Shown here: positions 11,762-25,507 of the stretch, one piece after another
How positions within the stretch are numbered: the stretch's first letter is position 1
How the letters are laid out: the number at the start of each line of letters is the position of its first letter
Assembly: GCA_964016885.1 (NCBI GenBank)
Contig: OZ024742.1
Location: 250,852,001-250,916,000 of the forward strand
Length of the DNA: 64,000 nt
Direction of reading: 5' to 3'
Origin: Eledone cirrhosa
Taxonomy: Eukaryota
Translations under genes and position numbers: made by a program
The notes under the pieces: generated by a model
Databases searched by the model: none
Told to the model about the DNA's origin: nothing
The model's input: the letters and a program-made list of their open reading frames with translations, nothing else

Positions 11762-14572
11762 TCAGCGAATGCTTTAAACGGAGCGGAAGAAATGAAACGA
11801 TGCGAATGATTTATGGACTCGTTCGGACAGGCAGAAGAATTTCAATATTACCATGGAATCGTCCGATTCTGCGCAGGTTACCGATCTTCTGGGAATTTTT
11901 TTCCTTAATATGATAAATAGAAAACTGCCGGAGATTACCGGTGGTTTATATAGAGATGATATATTATTTACTGTAGTTAAACATAACAATAGTGAACTAA
12001 ATAGAGTAAAGAAAACAATTATAGAATTCTTTAAAAATTACGACCTGAAATTAGAAGTAGAAAGTAACAGTAAAGTAGTTAACTTCCTAGACGTAGCCCT
12101 TAATTTAAACTCAGGCCTATATTACCCTTTCCATAAACCCAATGAAAACTTAAATTATGTTAGTTTTTATTCAAATCATCCTAAATGTGTTAAAAATGCA
12201 ATAGTCAATAGTGTTCAACAACGTTTAACTAGATTATCTGCTAACAAATCCATTTTTAATAGTAAAGCTGGATATATAATGAAGCGTTGCATAAGGCAGG
12301 ATATAAAAATAATATTGAATATGTAGAAAATAATAATTGTAATTATAAACTAAATATTCATAATAATAGGAATAATATAAATAAAGCAGACTGTAAAAAT
12401 AAAAATAAAAATAGTATAAATATAAATAAAAATACCAATTTCGTGAATAAATCGGGGAAAAAAATTAGAACTAAATCTATTATTTGGTATGCCCCACCAG
12501 CATCTTTAGCTATTAAAACACCCTTAGCACAATTATTTTTTAAAGCATTAGATAAATGTTTCCCTAGAATACATAAATACTACTCTATCTTCAATAGACA
12601 CACAGTTAAACTATCTTACTCAACAACTATGAATATGGCTCAAAATATTGCAAAAATAAATAGCAGAATTCTTAGTTCTAATCAACAGATAATTAGCGAT
12701 AATGACAATATTAATAATAATAATAATACTATAGTTACAGAGAATAACAATAACATTTAAGCACTTACAGTAGAACACCTACAAATATTACCAATGATAA
12801 TGCGAACAGTTTAGATCATAGAAATAACATGAAATCGAACTGTAACTGTAGAAGTATATCTGAATGCCCTTTGCAAATTAACTGCCTTGATAAGAATTTA
12901 GTATATAAATGTACCATTAAAGTAAATAATAATATTACTTATAACTACATAGGTGCAACTTCCTCGAACTTTAAACTGAGATTTTCTAATCATAAACATT
13001 CTTTTTCTAATCCGGATGAGAAATGTTCTACTTCTTTATCACAATTAATATGGTCTTTAAAAGAGAAAAATATAAAATACTCAATCTTTTGAACTAAACT
13101 TAGAAACTGTGAAGTTTATCAGAATAATTCCATTTCACCTAACTGCAATCTTTGCAATACCGAGACTCTATTAATAATTGCTAATTATGGTAATTTAATT
13201 AATAAAAAAAAGGGAATTATTCTCAAATTGCCTCCATAAATCTGCATCAACATTTCAAGCATCATATAAAATTAGGAAAAAACATTGACTGAGTGAGAAA
13301 AGATATTGACTCTTATTAATAATTCTTGTAACGCTTCTATTATTGTTATTATTACTATTATTGATATTGTATATAATGTCTCTACCTCACCTTTAGGAAA
13401 GCATACCTGTTCTTTAAAGGAGTATGATAATCTCTTGATTGGTTAAATACCTTAAGTTTCGATTTAGAATCCTCTTTTTAAATCCTGTATTTTATAAATT
13501 TGAGATCTGTAATATCTTCAGACTTTTAAACCGTTTAATTTAATTTAAACGTTTGGTACGTAGTACAAAGATATTGTTTACATTTATCGTGTTTAAGTTT
13601 CGTTTTATCTAAATTGAGTAATAATCTGTATTTAACTTGATTTATAGTATTGAATACAGTAAAATTTGGTTGAATCGAAATATTAATACTCTCAAGTGTA
13701 AATATAACTAATAACTAATCATATATGTAATTGATAAATATCGATTTAAATAGTATTGTTTATATAAAATGCTTATACAGATGCTAATATCTAAGTAAGT
13801 TAAGTTTAATATCATATTTACTATATTTGTAAGCACCATTGTTAGTTAATAATATTTTGAATTTTGAATTTTATAACTTAATTATTGAATGTATTTACTA
13901 ATTTAAATTTGCTCCAGATTATCTTTGAAAATATGTTATATTATCTTATATCACTTTATATTGTTTTAATTTTGATATAATATAATAGTATAATTTCTTT
14001 CTAATATTATAGAGTAAAAATTTCACGGTATTTAATTGATCGTTTCTACCTAACTTAATATTTGAAAAAAAAAACGATCACGCATCATATACCTCTATTC
14101 TCCTTATGTAATTACTTTATACTATCTATATCTCCCTTTCTTCTTTTTTATCTTCAACTCTCTATCGTTCCCTTTTCTCCTCTATTTAGCTAGCTCTCTC
14201 TCTCTCTCTCATTTGTTTTTTTCTCTAATACGGATATTTATATATTTAATTATTTAAATATTTAACAGTTATGTGCTGATGTGTTTATGTATTTTATTTA
14301 TCTATATATATGTATTTATTTTTATTTTTTCTACACATTTTCCTACGTACCCTCTCAATTATATGTAGTTTGTCATGTTACTGCTTATGGTATATAAATA
14401 TTGAGTTTTGTCATAACTAATCACTGCCAAGACTGGAATTGAACCATCAGCACAGTTGAGGTATGTCAGACATCAATTTATTTTATCTGATGAGGACGTA
14501 CTGAGGAAACAGCACAGTACCTCTGAAATATATATAATAAAATATATTTGATCACATGAATGTCTATATTTA
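11762..14572 (+). mobile_element. 5'-truncated Penelope-like retroelement: RT C-terminal half, Asn-rich linker, GIY-YIG, 3' region with HHR
   Basis: ORF pieces 11853-12326 (GGLYRDD, VNFLDV, YHKPN-like, SNHP), 12287-12760 (IIWYAPP, IFNRHTVKLSYS), 12829-13288 (CNC..CPL, LVY..YIG, CNLC); frameshift and stops. Confidence 0.9.
14481..14542 (+). ncRNA. Minimal type I hammerhead ribozyme (family A) at PLE 3' end
   Basis: TTTTAT-CTGATGA-GGACGTACTG..CAGTACCTCT-GAAA-TATATA-TA-ATAAAA. Confidence 0.8.
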
Positions 14573-14575
14573 TTA

Positions 14576-14720
14576 ATTGTTTCTACTTTTGGCACAAGGC
14601 CAGCAATTATCCCAGTGCATTACTGGTACTTTATTTTATCGACCCCGTAAGGCAAAGTTAACCTCGGCGGGATTTGAACTCAGATCATAAAGGGCCGTAA
14701 CTCTTTGCTGCAAAGCAATG
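14576..14720 (-). mobile_element. tRNA-derived SINE (family S1), partial
   Basis: GAGTTCAAATCCCGCCGAGGTTAACTTTGCC..GGGGTCGATAAAATAAAGTACCAGT..GGCCTTGTGCCAAAAGTAGAAAC shared by 10 copies. Confidence 0.85.
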
Positions 14721-14743
14721 TCTATATTTATTAATATTTTGAA

Positions 14744-14830
<87 letters not shown>

Positions 14831-14966
14831 CTAAATGCCATATTTTATGTCTTTTATGGGGGTGGGGGGCTGCCCCAGTTGGCACAAACTCTAACTACAC
14901 CACTGTTTTATACCATATATAGAGTGATATATATATATATACATATATATATAAAAAAAGACTGAC

Positions 14967-15099
14967 CAATTTCATCTTTTGTGTCTTCAACCTTCGGGGC
15001 ATCATAATATTCACGCTCATGTATATTGAGGGAAGTCAAGTCGTAGTCATCACCTTTAAATGGCGGTTCAATCATCACATAGACTGGTTCATTTTCCAC
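14967..15099 (-). CDS. Internal exon of an unidentified host gene (VENEPVYVMIEPPFKGDDYDLTSLNIHEREYYDAPKVEDTKDEI)
   Basis: tttttcctcctgtctag acceptor, G|gtcagt donor, 133 bp, open frame, non-repetitive peptide. Confidence 0.75.
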
Positions 15100-15439
15100 C
15101 TAGACAGGAGGAAAAACACGAATGAAACCTGAACAGTTGACATTTATATTTTATTTTATCTAAGTTTTTTTTAATTTTTATCGTGTTCTATTTTTACTAC
15201 TGACAGAGAAATATATGCGGATAAGGTTTACTTAATGTTAATTCTGAAGAGCGAAGATATCTTTATGGTGGCAATACACTAACATGAACTCTACTCAGTT
15301 TTTCTCTTTCCTTCCTGTCCCCCTGGAATTGATAAGCAAGAAAATAAGCTTTAAAATGTTTCATTTATTTATTTATTTATTTATTTATCATGCATGTTAC
15401 TTGCCAAAGTTTGTGATCACACTCACTAGCCATTATAGA

Positions 15440-15745
15440 CATCAGGAACTGGCTTAACAACACATGAACTAGAGCTACCATTAAAGCCAACAAAAACAGC
15501 TACACAGTGTGCAGACTTCAGACTGATGTGTTACCAAATCTTAAAGGATCACAGTTTTATACAGAGCTAGTATTACCCTTAAGGTCAACTAGAAAACTAC
15601 CTAGGGTGCAGACCTTAGAGAGGTACATTACTGAGTCTTGAAGGATCACAGTTTTATACAGAGCTGGTACTACCATTAAGGCCACCTATAGTGTAGACTC
15701 AGAGAGATACATTACTGAGCCTTAAAGGATCACAGCTTTATACAA
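15440..15745. repeat. Three-copy ~85-100-bp tandem repeat
   Basis: aaggatcacagttttatacagagct at ~15544, ~15641, ~15726. Confidence 0.7.
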
Positions 15746-16424
15746 ATTTGTATAATTAAATTAGATATATAATAATTTCCTGTGATTAATAAATAAATCA
15801 CTAAACATCTTTGACATATAGTAGCATTGTAGAAATATCTAAAGTGGTGGAGAGGGTCATATAGAGTTATGACCAGTCACATGATTTGGTGTGGGTGAGC
15901 GTGAACTGTGTAGAAGAAAATACATTCTCAGTCACTTAACACCAATGATAAGAGGGCTAAGTACTGGCCTGATGAGCCTAATGGCTTGGGACAGCCTTTA
16001 ACTAAATTAAACCCAAATTTGTAAGGTTCAGTAATATGTTTCTCTGAGGTTTGTGCTCTATGCGGGACAGCCTTTAACTAAACTAAATAAAATTTGTATA
16101 AAACTATGATCCTGTGAGGTTCAGTAACATGTTTCTCTAATGTTTGTGCTCTATGTGACAGCCTAGTTGGTCTTAATGGTAGTGCCAGATCTGGAAAACA
16201 GCCTGTGTGAAATCAAACCTACCCAAGAGACATGTAGTTTCAAATAAACAAGTACATTTATGTATGGTATGTTAGGTATGAAGGACATAAACAAATCATC
16301 TGAAGAAATTACACTGTATCAATTGACAGTGGTCTATTTTAACCATGCAACAAGGATATATCAGTTTCTCTCTCACTATTGTATGCTATGATATCAGCCA
16401 CTAATTTAGCATACTTCAACAAGA

Positions 16425-17150
16425 GAATGTGTGTGAATGTGTCTGTGTGTGTGAATGTATATGTATGTGTGTGTGTGAATATATGTGTATGTAAATGTAT
16501 GTGTGTGAATGCATGTGGGTCTGAATGTATGTGTGTGTGTATCTGTAATGTATGTGTGTGTGAATGTATGTGTTTGTGAATATATGTGTGTGTGAATGTA
16601 TGTGTGTGTGTGTGTGTTTGTGAATGTATGTGTGTGTGAATGTGTGTGTGTGTGTGTGAATGTGCGTGTGAATGTATGTGTGTGTGTGTGAATGCATGTG
16701 TGTGGTGTGTGTATGAATGTATGTGTGTGACTGTATGTATATGTGTGTGGTGTGTGTGTGAATGTATGTGTGTGTGTGCGAGAGTGTATATGTGTAGTGT
16801 GTGTGTGAATATATGTGTGTGTGTGCGAGAATGTATATGTGTGTGTGTGTTTACAATAAAATTGAGGTCTCATTTGAACTGCATCTACAGATATCGGTTA
16901 TCACATTGAAATCTAAAGTTAATTGTAGACTGATACTGCTGCTGCTGCTGTTGTTGTTACTGCTGCTGTTGCTGCAGTTGTTGTTGTTGTTGTTACTGCT
17001 GCTGTTGCTGCAGTTGTTGTTGTTGTTGTTGTTACTGTTGCACTTGTAGCTGCTGTTACTGTTGTTGTTGTTGTTACTGCTGCTGTTGCTGTTACTGTTG
17101 TTGTTGTTGTTGTTACTGTTGTTGTTACTGTTGTTGTTATTGTTACTGCT
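16425..17150. repeat. (TG)n/TGAA tract and (TTG/CTG)n trinucleotide tract
   Basis: Direct reading. Confidence 0.85.
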
Positions 17151-17714
17151 GGGGAGATGGAAACTTGTTGGATGGATTTTTCTGGAGCTAAACAACAACA
17201 ACAGTAACCACAGCAACAAAAACAACACCACAAACACCACCACCAGCAAACACTCCCACCATCAACACCACTGTCACCAAAACCACCATTAGCACCACCA
17301 GGCACTCTGACACATTTAGAAGGAGTTCACTATGTTAGTTGCAAACATTCAGATCTGTGATTTGATAGTCCCCACCCCACTTCACATTGTCCCTACACAT
17401 ATTCAGTTATATATGTTGAGGCAGGATATTATCTGAGTGGTGGGGAAGATCTTTATGTATCATAGACATTACTTCTTATTTCCTGACTGACTTAAAAAAA
17501 ACAACAACAACCAGATATTTACAGCTCAAACTAGAATACACCCCTGTTGGTTCCGACAATGGGTGTTCCAGTTGTTTGATCAACAAAATGGCTGTTTGTG
17601 AAATTTAAGTGCAAATGGTCAACCATTTCACAGATATGTGTACCCTTAACATAATTTTCAGAGAGATTCAGCTTGAATTACAGATACAGTTCATCTTATA
17701 TTATAATGTTTAAG

Positions 17715-17932
17715 AGGGTGGTGGATTGGCAGTATTGCTAGAGCATCAAACACCATGCTTTGCAGCATAGAGTTATGGTCCTTTACCATCTGAGTTCAAA
17801 TCCCGCCGAGGTTAGCTTTGCCTTTCATCCTTACATGGGTTGGTAAAATAAAACACCTGTAAAGCACTGGGGTCAATTTAACCGACTTTCCCCTCCCCCA
17901 AAATTGCTGGCCTTGTGCCTATAGTAGAAATC
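17715..17932 (+). mobile_element. tRNA-derived SINE (family S1)
   Basis: B box GAGTTCAAATCC, GCCTTTCATCCTT core, GGCCTTGTGCC tail. Confidence 0.85.
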
Positions 17933-18383
17933 ATTATAATGTAACTGGCTGAGTATTCCAGACGCATACATTCCTTAATGTAATTCTCAGGGAAATTCAG
18001 CATGACAGAGTATGTGACAAGGCTGGTCCTTTGAATTACAGGAACAGTCCATTTGTATCACAGTGTAAGTGGCTAAGTATTCCACAAACACATATACTCA
18101 TTAATGTAATTCTCATGGAGATTCAACATTACACAATGTATGACAAGGATGGCTCTTTGAATTACAAGAACCCTCCATCCATCATTCCAAACAATTTCTT
18201 TCAACCCAATTTCACTCATAAAATATGGGTTTATATAAGGCTTTGGTACAGAACACATGGTAAAGATACAACACAGTGAGATGAAATCTGGAATCTTATG
18301 ATTGCAAAGTGAACTTCTTAACCATTTGGACATCCACAAACATTCACTACCTCAACAAAAGCAACAATACTATTACACTGTAC

Positions 18384-18443
18384 CTGGCTGGTTTCAGACA
18401 GTCCAAGGAACGGATCATCATGCAAGATTGGTGAGCTTATCAT
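18384..18443 (-). CDS. 60-bp internal exon of the host gene (MISSPILHDDPFLGLSETSQ)
   Basis: catttgcag acceptor, CAG|gtacag donor; only phase 0 is open and it joins 14967-15099 in frame. Confidence 0.65.
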
Positions 18444-18541
18444 CTGCAAATGTACAATGGAAGCAATAAGACATTTAGCATCAAGAGAATCAATATATTT
18501 AATATAATCAATACAAGCTGATATTATTGTTTTCTATGAAA

Positions 18542-18731
18542 GGGCAGTGGATTGGCAGTATCGGTAGAGGGTCTGATGCCATGCTTTGCAGCAAAGAGTT
18601 ATGGCCCTTTATGGTCTGAGTTCAAATCCCGCCGAGGTTAACTTTGCCTTTCATCCTTACGGGGTTGATAAAATAAAGTACCAGTTATACACTGGGATAA
18701 TCGCTGGCCTTGTGCCAAAAGTAGAAACATT
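18542..18731 (+). mobile_element. tRNA-derived SINE (family S1)
   Basis: Full match to the other S1 copies. Confidence 0.85.
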
Positions 18732-19019
18732 ATTGTTTTCTATGAATGATTGCAATGTATTAACTTTTTCTTTCATGACTTTTATATACACAGTATTTTA
18801 TGGAGGTATATCTACAGATCATCATATATGTATTTATGTCCGCCCTGTAAGGGAGTAGTGTGGGAGTCATGATAAAATGCTCCCAGTACACTCCGTAAAG
18901 TGGTTAGTGTCAAGAAGGGCATTCAGTTGTAGAAATCATGCTCCAAGTACATGCTGTAAAGTGATTGGTGTTAGGAAGGGCATCCATCCACAGAAACTAA
19001 GCTAAACCAGCTATGTGAT

Positions 19020-21000
19020 TAACTACCAATCAGAGGAGGCATATAAGACTTCATTCTTACCAGGAAGTGAGATAGGTGACTGGTCGTAAATACTAAGTAC
19101 TTTCCTGGAGAAGAATGTATTTCACAACATATATTAGTTGCCAGTGAACCTGAGAGGAAAGGACTAGACAGATGAAGAGTTGAAAGCCTGTCTGGAGAAG
19201 GAAGACATGGAGTCTGAGAGAAACCTTTGTAAGTTACAAATTTAGGGAAATCCTACTTCATGCCTATGACAGTAAGGAAGACAAAATGAAGACCTATAGC
19301 ATCGAGAAAAATTAGGAATTTCTATGGGACAACCTCCTGGAAGCCACAAACGAGGTCTGCAGTTGGAGCAAGGTACCAGCAAGATGGAGGTTGTTGTGGT
19401 TGTGAAATTATAAGGTAAGAAAGAGCTATTAAAACAAAAGACAAGCCTGGAGGAAAGCAGAAACCAGATAGTAATTCCAGATAGTTAAAAGAATGGTAGG
19501 ATGCCAGGTATATCTAGCAAGAGGAGAGGTAAAATAGAAGTTTGCATATGTTTGATGTGAAGATTAGAGAAATGAAGTGTTTTGGATTGTGAGACAGTGT
19601 GCCACATAAAATTATGATGCGGTTAGGAAAACGTGTATCCAAAATGACAGTGGAGAATTTGCCCTGTCTGATGCCGAAAAAGAAAGAGGTATGGAAGACT
19701 TACTAAGAAAAACTGCTGGACAAAGAGAATAAATAGGACAGTGAAGATCCAACTGAGGGATTAGCCATAAAAGTTGACAGCAGTGTGATAGATAAAGTAA
19801 TTCAGAACATGAAAATAGGGAAACTACTACATAAGCAATGGAGTGCATTAGAGAGAGGTAACTATAGAGTCATCTAGTTGATGGAACAGGTCATGGAAAA
19901 TGCTGAAAGGGTTATAGCTCAAATAATTAGGAACAGAATCAGTCTAGATGAGATGCAGTCAAGCTTTATGCTAGCTTTATGCTGGTGAGACAACTACAGG
20001 AGAGATATTTAGCTAAGGATAAGCTACTGTACCTGACATTTTAGATCTAGAGAAGGACTTTGACAGGGACCCCATTCTGTAATACGGTGGGCACATAGTA
20101 AGTTAGGTTTAGACAAAATGGTTTGTGAGGGACATGCAAGCCATGTATAAAGATACAACCAGCAAGTTGGCAATAAGTACAGTGATGAATTTGAAGTGCA
20201 GGTGGGGGAGGGTCTATCAGGGTTCAGTCCTCAGTCCACTTTTGTTTATCATTGTCCTTCAGGCACTCCATAGGAGCTCCTATATGACCTAGTCCTCTTA
20301 GTTGGATCTGCACGAGAGTTAGAGGTAAAATTTCAAGCATGGAAAAAAACATAGTGTTGTAAGGACTAAAAGTAAACTTAGCAAAGATGAAAGACTTAAT
20401 AAGTAGGAAAGAAGTAAGGAGGCTGATACCATCAGCGAAGTGGCACTATTTGATAAGTCAAAAAGGAATGGGCAGAAATTCCATTAGGTGCATACATTGT
20501 AATCTATGGATGCACAAGGGATGTAATGGGATTACAAGCAGGTTAACAGAGATGATAGTCTTTGCATGCAGCAGATGCACAGGGGAAGTATGCTTGTGTG
20601 TGAACTACAATACCACATGGCAGCAAAACATGGGTTTTAATTGCAGAAGACCTGCAGAGACTAGAAAGAAATGAAGTGAGTATGCTCCGGTGGATGTGTA
20701 ATGTTAGTGTGCATGAACAACATTACATAAATGAAACGAGAGAAAAACTTGGCATGAGAGGAATCGGCTGTAGTGTGCAAGAAAAAAGACTTTGTATGGA
20801 CATGTGATGCATATAGAAGATAGCAGCTGCATAAAGAAATGCAGAGAAATCTTTGGGACCCATGAAAGAAGCAAACCCAAGAAGACATGGGTTGAGGTAA
20901 CAAAGACTGATTTTAAAAAGCTGAACCACACAATAGAGATGACAAAGGATTGTGAGAATTGGCAATACGCTATACTGGAGAAGACCAACCGACCAGCATA
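19020..21000 (+). mobile_element. Old, heavily degraded RTE-clade LINE
   Basis: Remnants of DLEK.FDR, QGSVLSPLLFIIVLQA, GRNSIRC..C..WMHK.C, GHVMH..DSSCIKKC, KPKKTW. Confidence 0.85.
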
Positions 21001-21335
21001 AAATGTGACGTGACCCATCTCTGACTCCCCTCTCCCCAAGTAGCAATCCTCACCATCACTGTACTCTCTCATCCTATCCATGTCCTCTCTACTATCACTT
21101 CTTAGCTATCCTCACCATCATTACACCTCCCTCTAAAGTTCTCAGTAACTACTCTCTCTATCCCTGTGCACTCCCTCAACCCGTCCATGGGGAGACATGA
21201 TAAAATATGCAAAATATAGGAACATAAAATCTCAAGGAAAAACATCCAAACATCACAATAATATGATGGTAACTGAAAAAAAAAAAACAAAAAAACAACA
21301 ACCTATCTAGCTAGACCATCATAATGACACCTCAA

Positions 21336-21521
21336 GGGCAGTGGATTGGCAGTATTGGTAGAGCACCATTCTTTGCAGCATAGAGTAATGGCCCTTTTAT
21401 GATCTGAGTTCAAATCCCGCCGAAGTTTGCTTTGCCTTTCATCCTTACAGGGCCGATAAAATAAAATAGCAGTAATGCACTAGGGTAATTGCTGGCCTTG
21501 TGCCAAAAGTAGAAACAATTA
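21336..21521 (+). mobile_element. tRNA-derived SINE (family S1)
   Basis: Matches the other S1 copies. Confidence 0.85.
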
Positions 21522-21565
21522 TATTAAGTCAGCTATATAAAGAAAAAGAATATATTGCATTATTA

Positions 21566-24483
21566 TCTATATATATAAAACAGAGGATGTGTGTTTGTCT
21601 GTTTGTGTGTGGCTGCTACATTATTCGAGGTTGGCGTCTATACCGCTCGCCCGATCTCGCTCAAATTTGCATACATGACCCTTTACATTGCTTAGGCTAC
21701 TTTGTTTTTTGATAGGTCCCCCAGGGGCCCGCAATCCACCTTTTTGTCTATTTTGGGTGAAATCGGGAGATGAGGTTGCATTTTATGCACGCGTGAAAAT
21801 TTTTTCCTTTTGAGTTTTTTTACCCGGTTTTTTGCTAATATGGGTAGAAAGAGTCTAAATTTTGTTGACGTGCTCGAATCATTTCGAAATTCGGTCGAGA
21901 GTGGAGGTCGAATCTCCACTTCGTATATAGAGAGACAGGAATAACAGGTCTTATAGTAACATTACCTTCCCCTTCCTCCTTCTTTAGAGAGAGAGAGAGG
22001 AAGATAGAGAGAGAAGTTTTGGGTGTCACAGAAATATTACATTCCCCTCTCCACTTTGGTCAGTGAGCGAACCACTGTTGCTATAGTAACATTACCTTCC
22101 CCCTCCCCCTTCTTTATTGAGCGAGGAATATAGAGAGAGACGTTGTTGGTGTTACAGTAACATTACCTTCCCCTCTCCACTTACTTTGGTCTTTGAGACC
22201 GAGGGAACCACTGTTGCTATAGTTACAGCTTCACGTGACACAAACCAGTTCCTGCCAGTTCTGACCACCTGGCATCAGTTGAGTCAGTTTTTGCTTTCTT
22301 TCGGTCGAGAAGTGGACAAATTTTCGCCTTGAATCAAAAAAAAATTTCATGAACGGCTGGAGGTGGCAGCTTTTATTCTGTTTTGGCAAAAAATTCTGCA
22401 GACTCTTATCGTTGATTTGAGTGGCCTGCAAAGCTTTGGTTTTCAAACGCTACACTTGCTACTTGGTTAGGCTACTGTGTAGATGTGTGCTTCACTCTCA
22501 CTGCATTACATTTTGTGACCTCGCTTTCGGACTTTGCCATTCCCAGTACGTTTTTTGTTTACTTTTTTCTTGCTTAAAATTGTAACAATTTGTCACTATT
22601 TTTACCTTCCCCAAAATACTGCTTATCACCTTCGCTTTTTTGCCTTTGCTCTAAACCTGCTTCCCCTTTACTGTTTACTGTACTATTGCAACCATGCCAC
22701 TGAAAAGAAAGAGTACCCTTAGCCGTAGGAAAACATCGTCTGTTGTTTCAAAAAAGAGGCGATTGAATGAGCAGTCTACGGATGCCGGACTGCATTTTTG
22801 GCCACAAACCCCTGTTACTTCGCTTTCAAACTTAAGTACCCCTAGCACAGCCCAACCCAGCGCCTCTCTATCTACGGTTACCGCTTCGAATCATGCCATT
22901 CGTAATTGTCGGAATGCAGTTGCAACAGCCGCCTCTAGGGCAGCAGAGAGTGACAGCCAAAGAGCTCTTCGTAGGACTAGGAATGCTGCAACTACTGCTG
23001 CTGCAAGGGCCTCCGAAACTAAACAGCAAACAGCCTCCAGACGGTCAAAGAACGCTGCTTCAACCGCCGCCTCCCGTGCCGCAGAAACCGACCAGGAGAC
23101 AGCCATCCGAAGGTCCAAGGACTCCGCCTCCACCGCAGCTGCCAGAGCATCCCAGACCGTGATACAGACAGCCATCCGAAGGTCCCAGAACGCTGTATAT
23201 CCACCGCCGCCTCCCATGCCGCAGAACATCAAACAGCCCGCTGTGCTCGGTTGAACACAAACAACGCACGAAGAGACACCGCCAGAGGAACGAGTCCACA
23301 TGAGTCATTTTGGCTTATGAAGGCTTTCAATTACGATCCAACAGTAAAATACTCCGACCGTACGGACATTCAACTAGGCAGGATGGATGTCATATGCTAA
23401 GTCTGTGGTGCAGAGAAGTGGCCCAGAGAACCACCTGGCCTGTGCTGCTCTAATGGGAAGGTTTCACTTCCTCCTTTGCGAGAACTTCTTAGCGGAGAAA
23501 CCTCTACGTCAACAGACTTCCACGGACATCCCGATAGGTTTTAGGCGACATCAGTTTCCCGTAAGGCCCTGCTTCGCGATCACCATAAACAAATCTCAGG
23601 GTCAAACTTTGTCCGTGGCGGGCATTCATCTAAAAGAGCCCTGCTTTGCTCATGGCCAACTTTATGTTGCCTGCTCGCGAGTTGGTAGTAAGGACTCCCT
23701 TTTTTCATACACACCCAACGGTATGACCCGCAACATAGTCTACAAAGAGGTCCTGTAACGTGCATTACCACTGAGATGATTTAACACAAAAAGAGTTTAT
23801 ATATATACAAACACATACACACACTCACATACAGATATATATATATCATTATCTATAAAAGCGAGTGTGTGTGCATGTTCCTTTTCTATACGATTAAAAA
23901 AAAACACCTCCTTCAATGGAAAATTACTTATCAATATTCGAAATAGCTTCAATTAGGTCATGCAGAATTTATATATTTAAAATTGATCCCCAATTACGCC
24001 AAAAAAATTGATAAAACTCAATAATTCACGATATACCTCTCTCATAAATCTGATATCAAAACTGAAGATTACGACCCTAAATGGTGGACAGTTCGAAATA
24101 CTGCTACTGCTGTACTTCTGGCTGTTGCTCATCTCATTCTATCAGGCTCTTCCAACAACTTTACAGTACTTTATCATCCATTAAAAAAAAACTGTTTTTT
24201 GGCTGTTTTTTTTGTTTTCGACAGAAAATTTATTACGATTTCTGTTTGCTATTCTTAATATATATTTTTTTTTTGTGTTTCCTTTTTGTGATTTTTGTTG
24301 GTTTCTTGGTTGAGAAAAGAAGATGGTAAAACCGGGTTGAAGAGATTTCCATTTCTAAATTCATTACAACTTTGACATATTTTATGTAAAGTGAGTATGA
24401 GAAAAAAAAATTCTTCATATTTATTGTTTCCTAATCGGAATAAAAACAGCAGTAACCCGGGCAACGCCAGGTCATTCAGCTAG
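21566..24483 (+). mobile_element. Helitron, internally deleted/composite
   Basis: A|TCTATATATATAAAA 5' end; 3' hairpin CCGGGCAACGCCAGG then CTAG|T; RepHel N-terminal and PIF1 helicase C-terminal remnants inside. Confidence 0.88.
22694..23758 (+). pseudogene. Helitron RepHel remnant: N-terminal basic/Ala repeats and Cys motif fused to PIF1 helicase C-terminus
   Basis: ASRAAE..RR repeats; C..CGAEKW..EPPGLCC.NGKV.LP in a shifted frame; RRHQFPVRPCFAITINKSQGQTL..HGQLYVACSRV..TRNIVYKEVL*. Confidence 0.88.
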
Positions 24484-24734
24484 TATATGATAAAGTAGAA
24501 AGACGCACACAAATATATATGTGTATGTGTGTGTGATGTGTGCATGTGCGTGTGTGGAGAGAGGAAGAGAGAAAGGTAGAGAGAGAGAGAGATCAGTTTA
24601 ACATGTTTATTACACTACAGATGTTTCACCAATGTACAGTTGTTTATGAAATATACATAACCATACTACAGTCTGACCATTAGATCACTGCTTCTACAGA
24701 TATATTAAGACATCAACTGTTTATGTTTATATAT

Positions 24735-25097
24735 ATATAAGTTAAAACAATGAAATAAAAAATCAAGTCATTAGAAATATACTTCACTGCTTTACGATCG
24801 TTTCTAGGTGATGATAGTACATCGCAACTATACTTCGATATCGATCTATGTAAGGTTAGTTACAAAATATCAGATAATATTTACTTACATGCATATCACC
24901 AGCTGTTGTCAAAAGCACAACAGCTGGTGATATGTATGTAAGTAAATATTCTCTTTATCTGATATTTTGTAACTAACCTTACATAGATCGATATCGAAGT
25001 ATAGTTACGATGTACTATCATCACCTAGAAACGATCGTAAAGCAGTGAAGTATATTTCTAATGACTTGATTTTTTATTTCATTGTTTTAACTTATAT
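24735..25097. repeat. ~360-bp near-perfect palindrome derived from a PLE terminal repeat
   Basis: Arms 24735-24909 and 24917-25097, 7-nt loop; each arm has the HHR 3' half CCTAGAAACGATCGTA as in 635-749. Confidence 0.9.
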
Positions 25098-25476
25098 CAT
25101 GACTCTGTTTTCCTTTGAATGTTTTATTGTTTTCCGGGATTTATTTTAACCTACAACATTTTCAATATATGGATTACATTGAGTTCTTCATGCAGACTAG
25201 ACCCCACAACTTACCGTGGATATCTTTGGTTATATGTGATAACCAGATTTCGAAACAATTTGATTTAATTTTATAATATTATGAGTTGGTAGATCTAGTA
25301 AGTTCTTTGTTAACTTCGGTGGAAAGATTTTTAAAGATTCCTGGTTAATTTTCCTGGAGAACTTTCTTGCATTCGTCGGTGGCGATTCAGTTTGAATTGT
25401 TTAGAACTACAAGTGAAGTCATTCTTTTCCTTTTTTCAAATATACCTAATTGTACCAAGGATTTCACACATTTTCC

Positions 25477-25477
<1 letters not shown>

Positions 25478-25507
<30 letters not shown>

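Noticed and set aside
13090-13092. In-frame TGA in the PLE nuclease as possible selenocysteine
   Set aside because: It aligns with Trp in the other PLE (YTLKW), and the copy has other disabling lesions
16919-17305. Thr/Ala-rich minus-strand ORF resembling a mucin exon between two host exons
   Set aside because: Mostly a (CAA/CAG)n tract; no convincing donor site, and the flanking exons already join in frame. RNA-seq could reopen it
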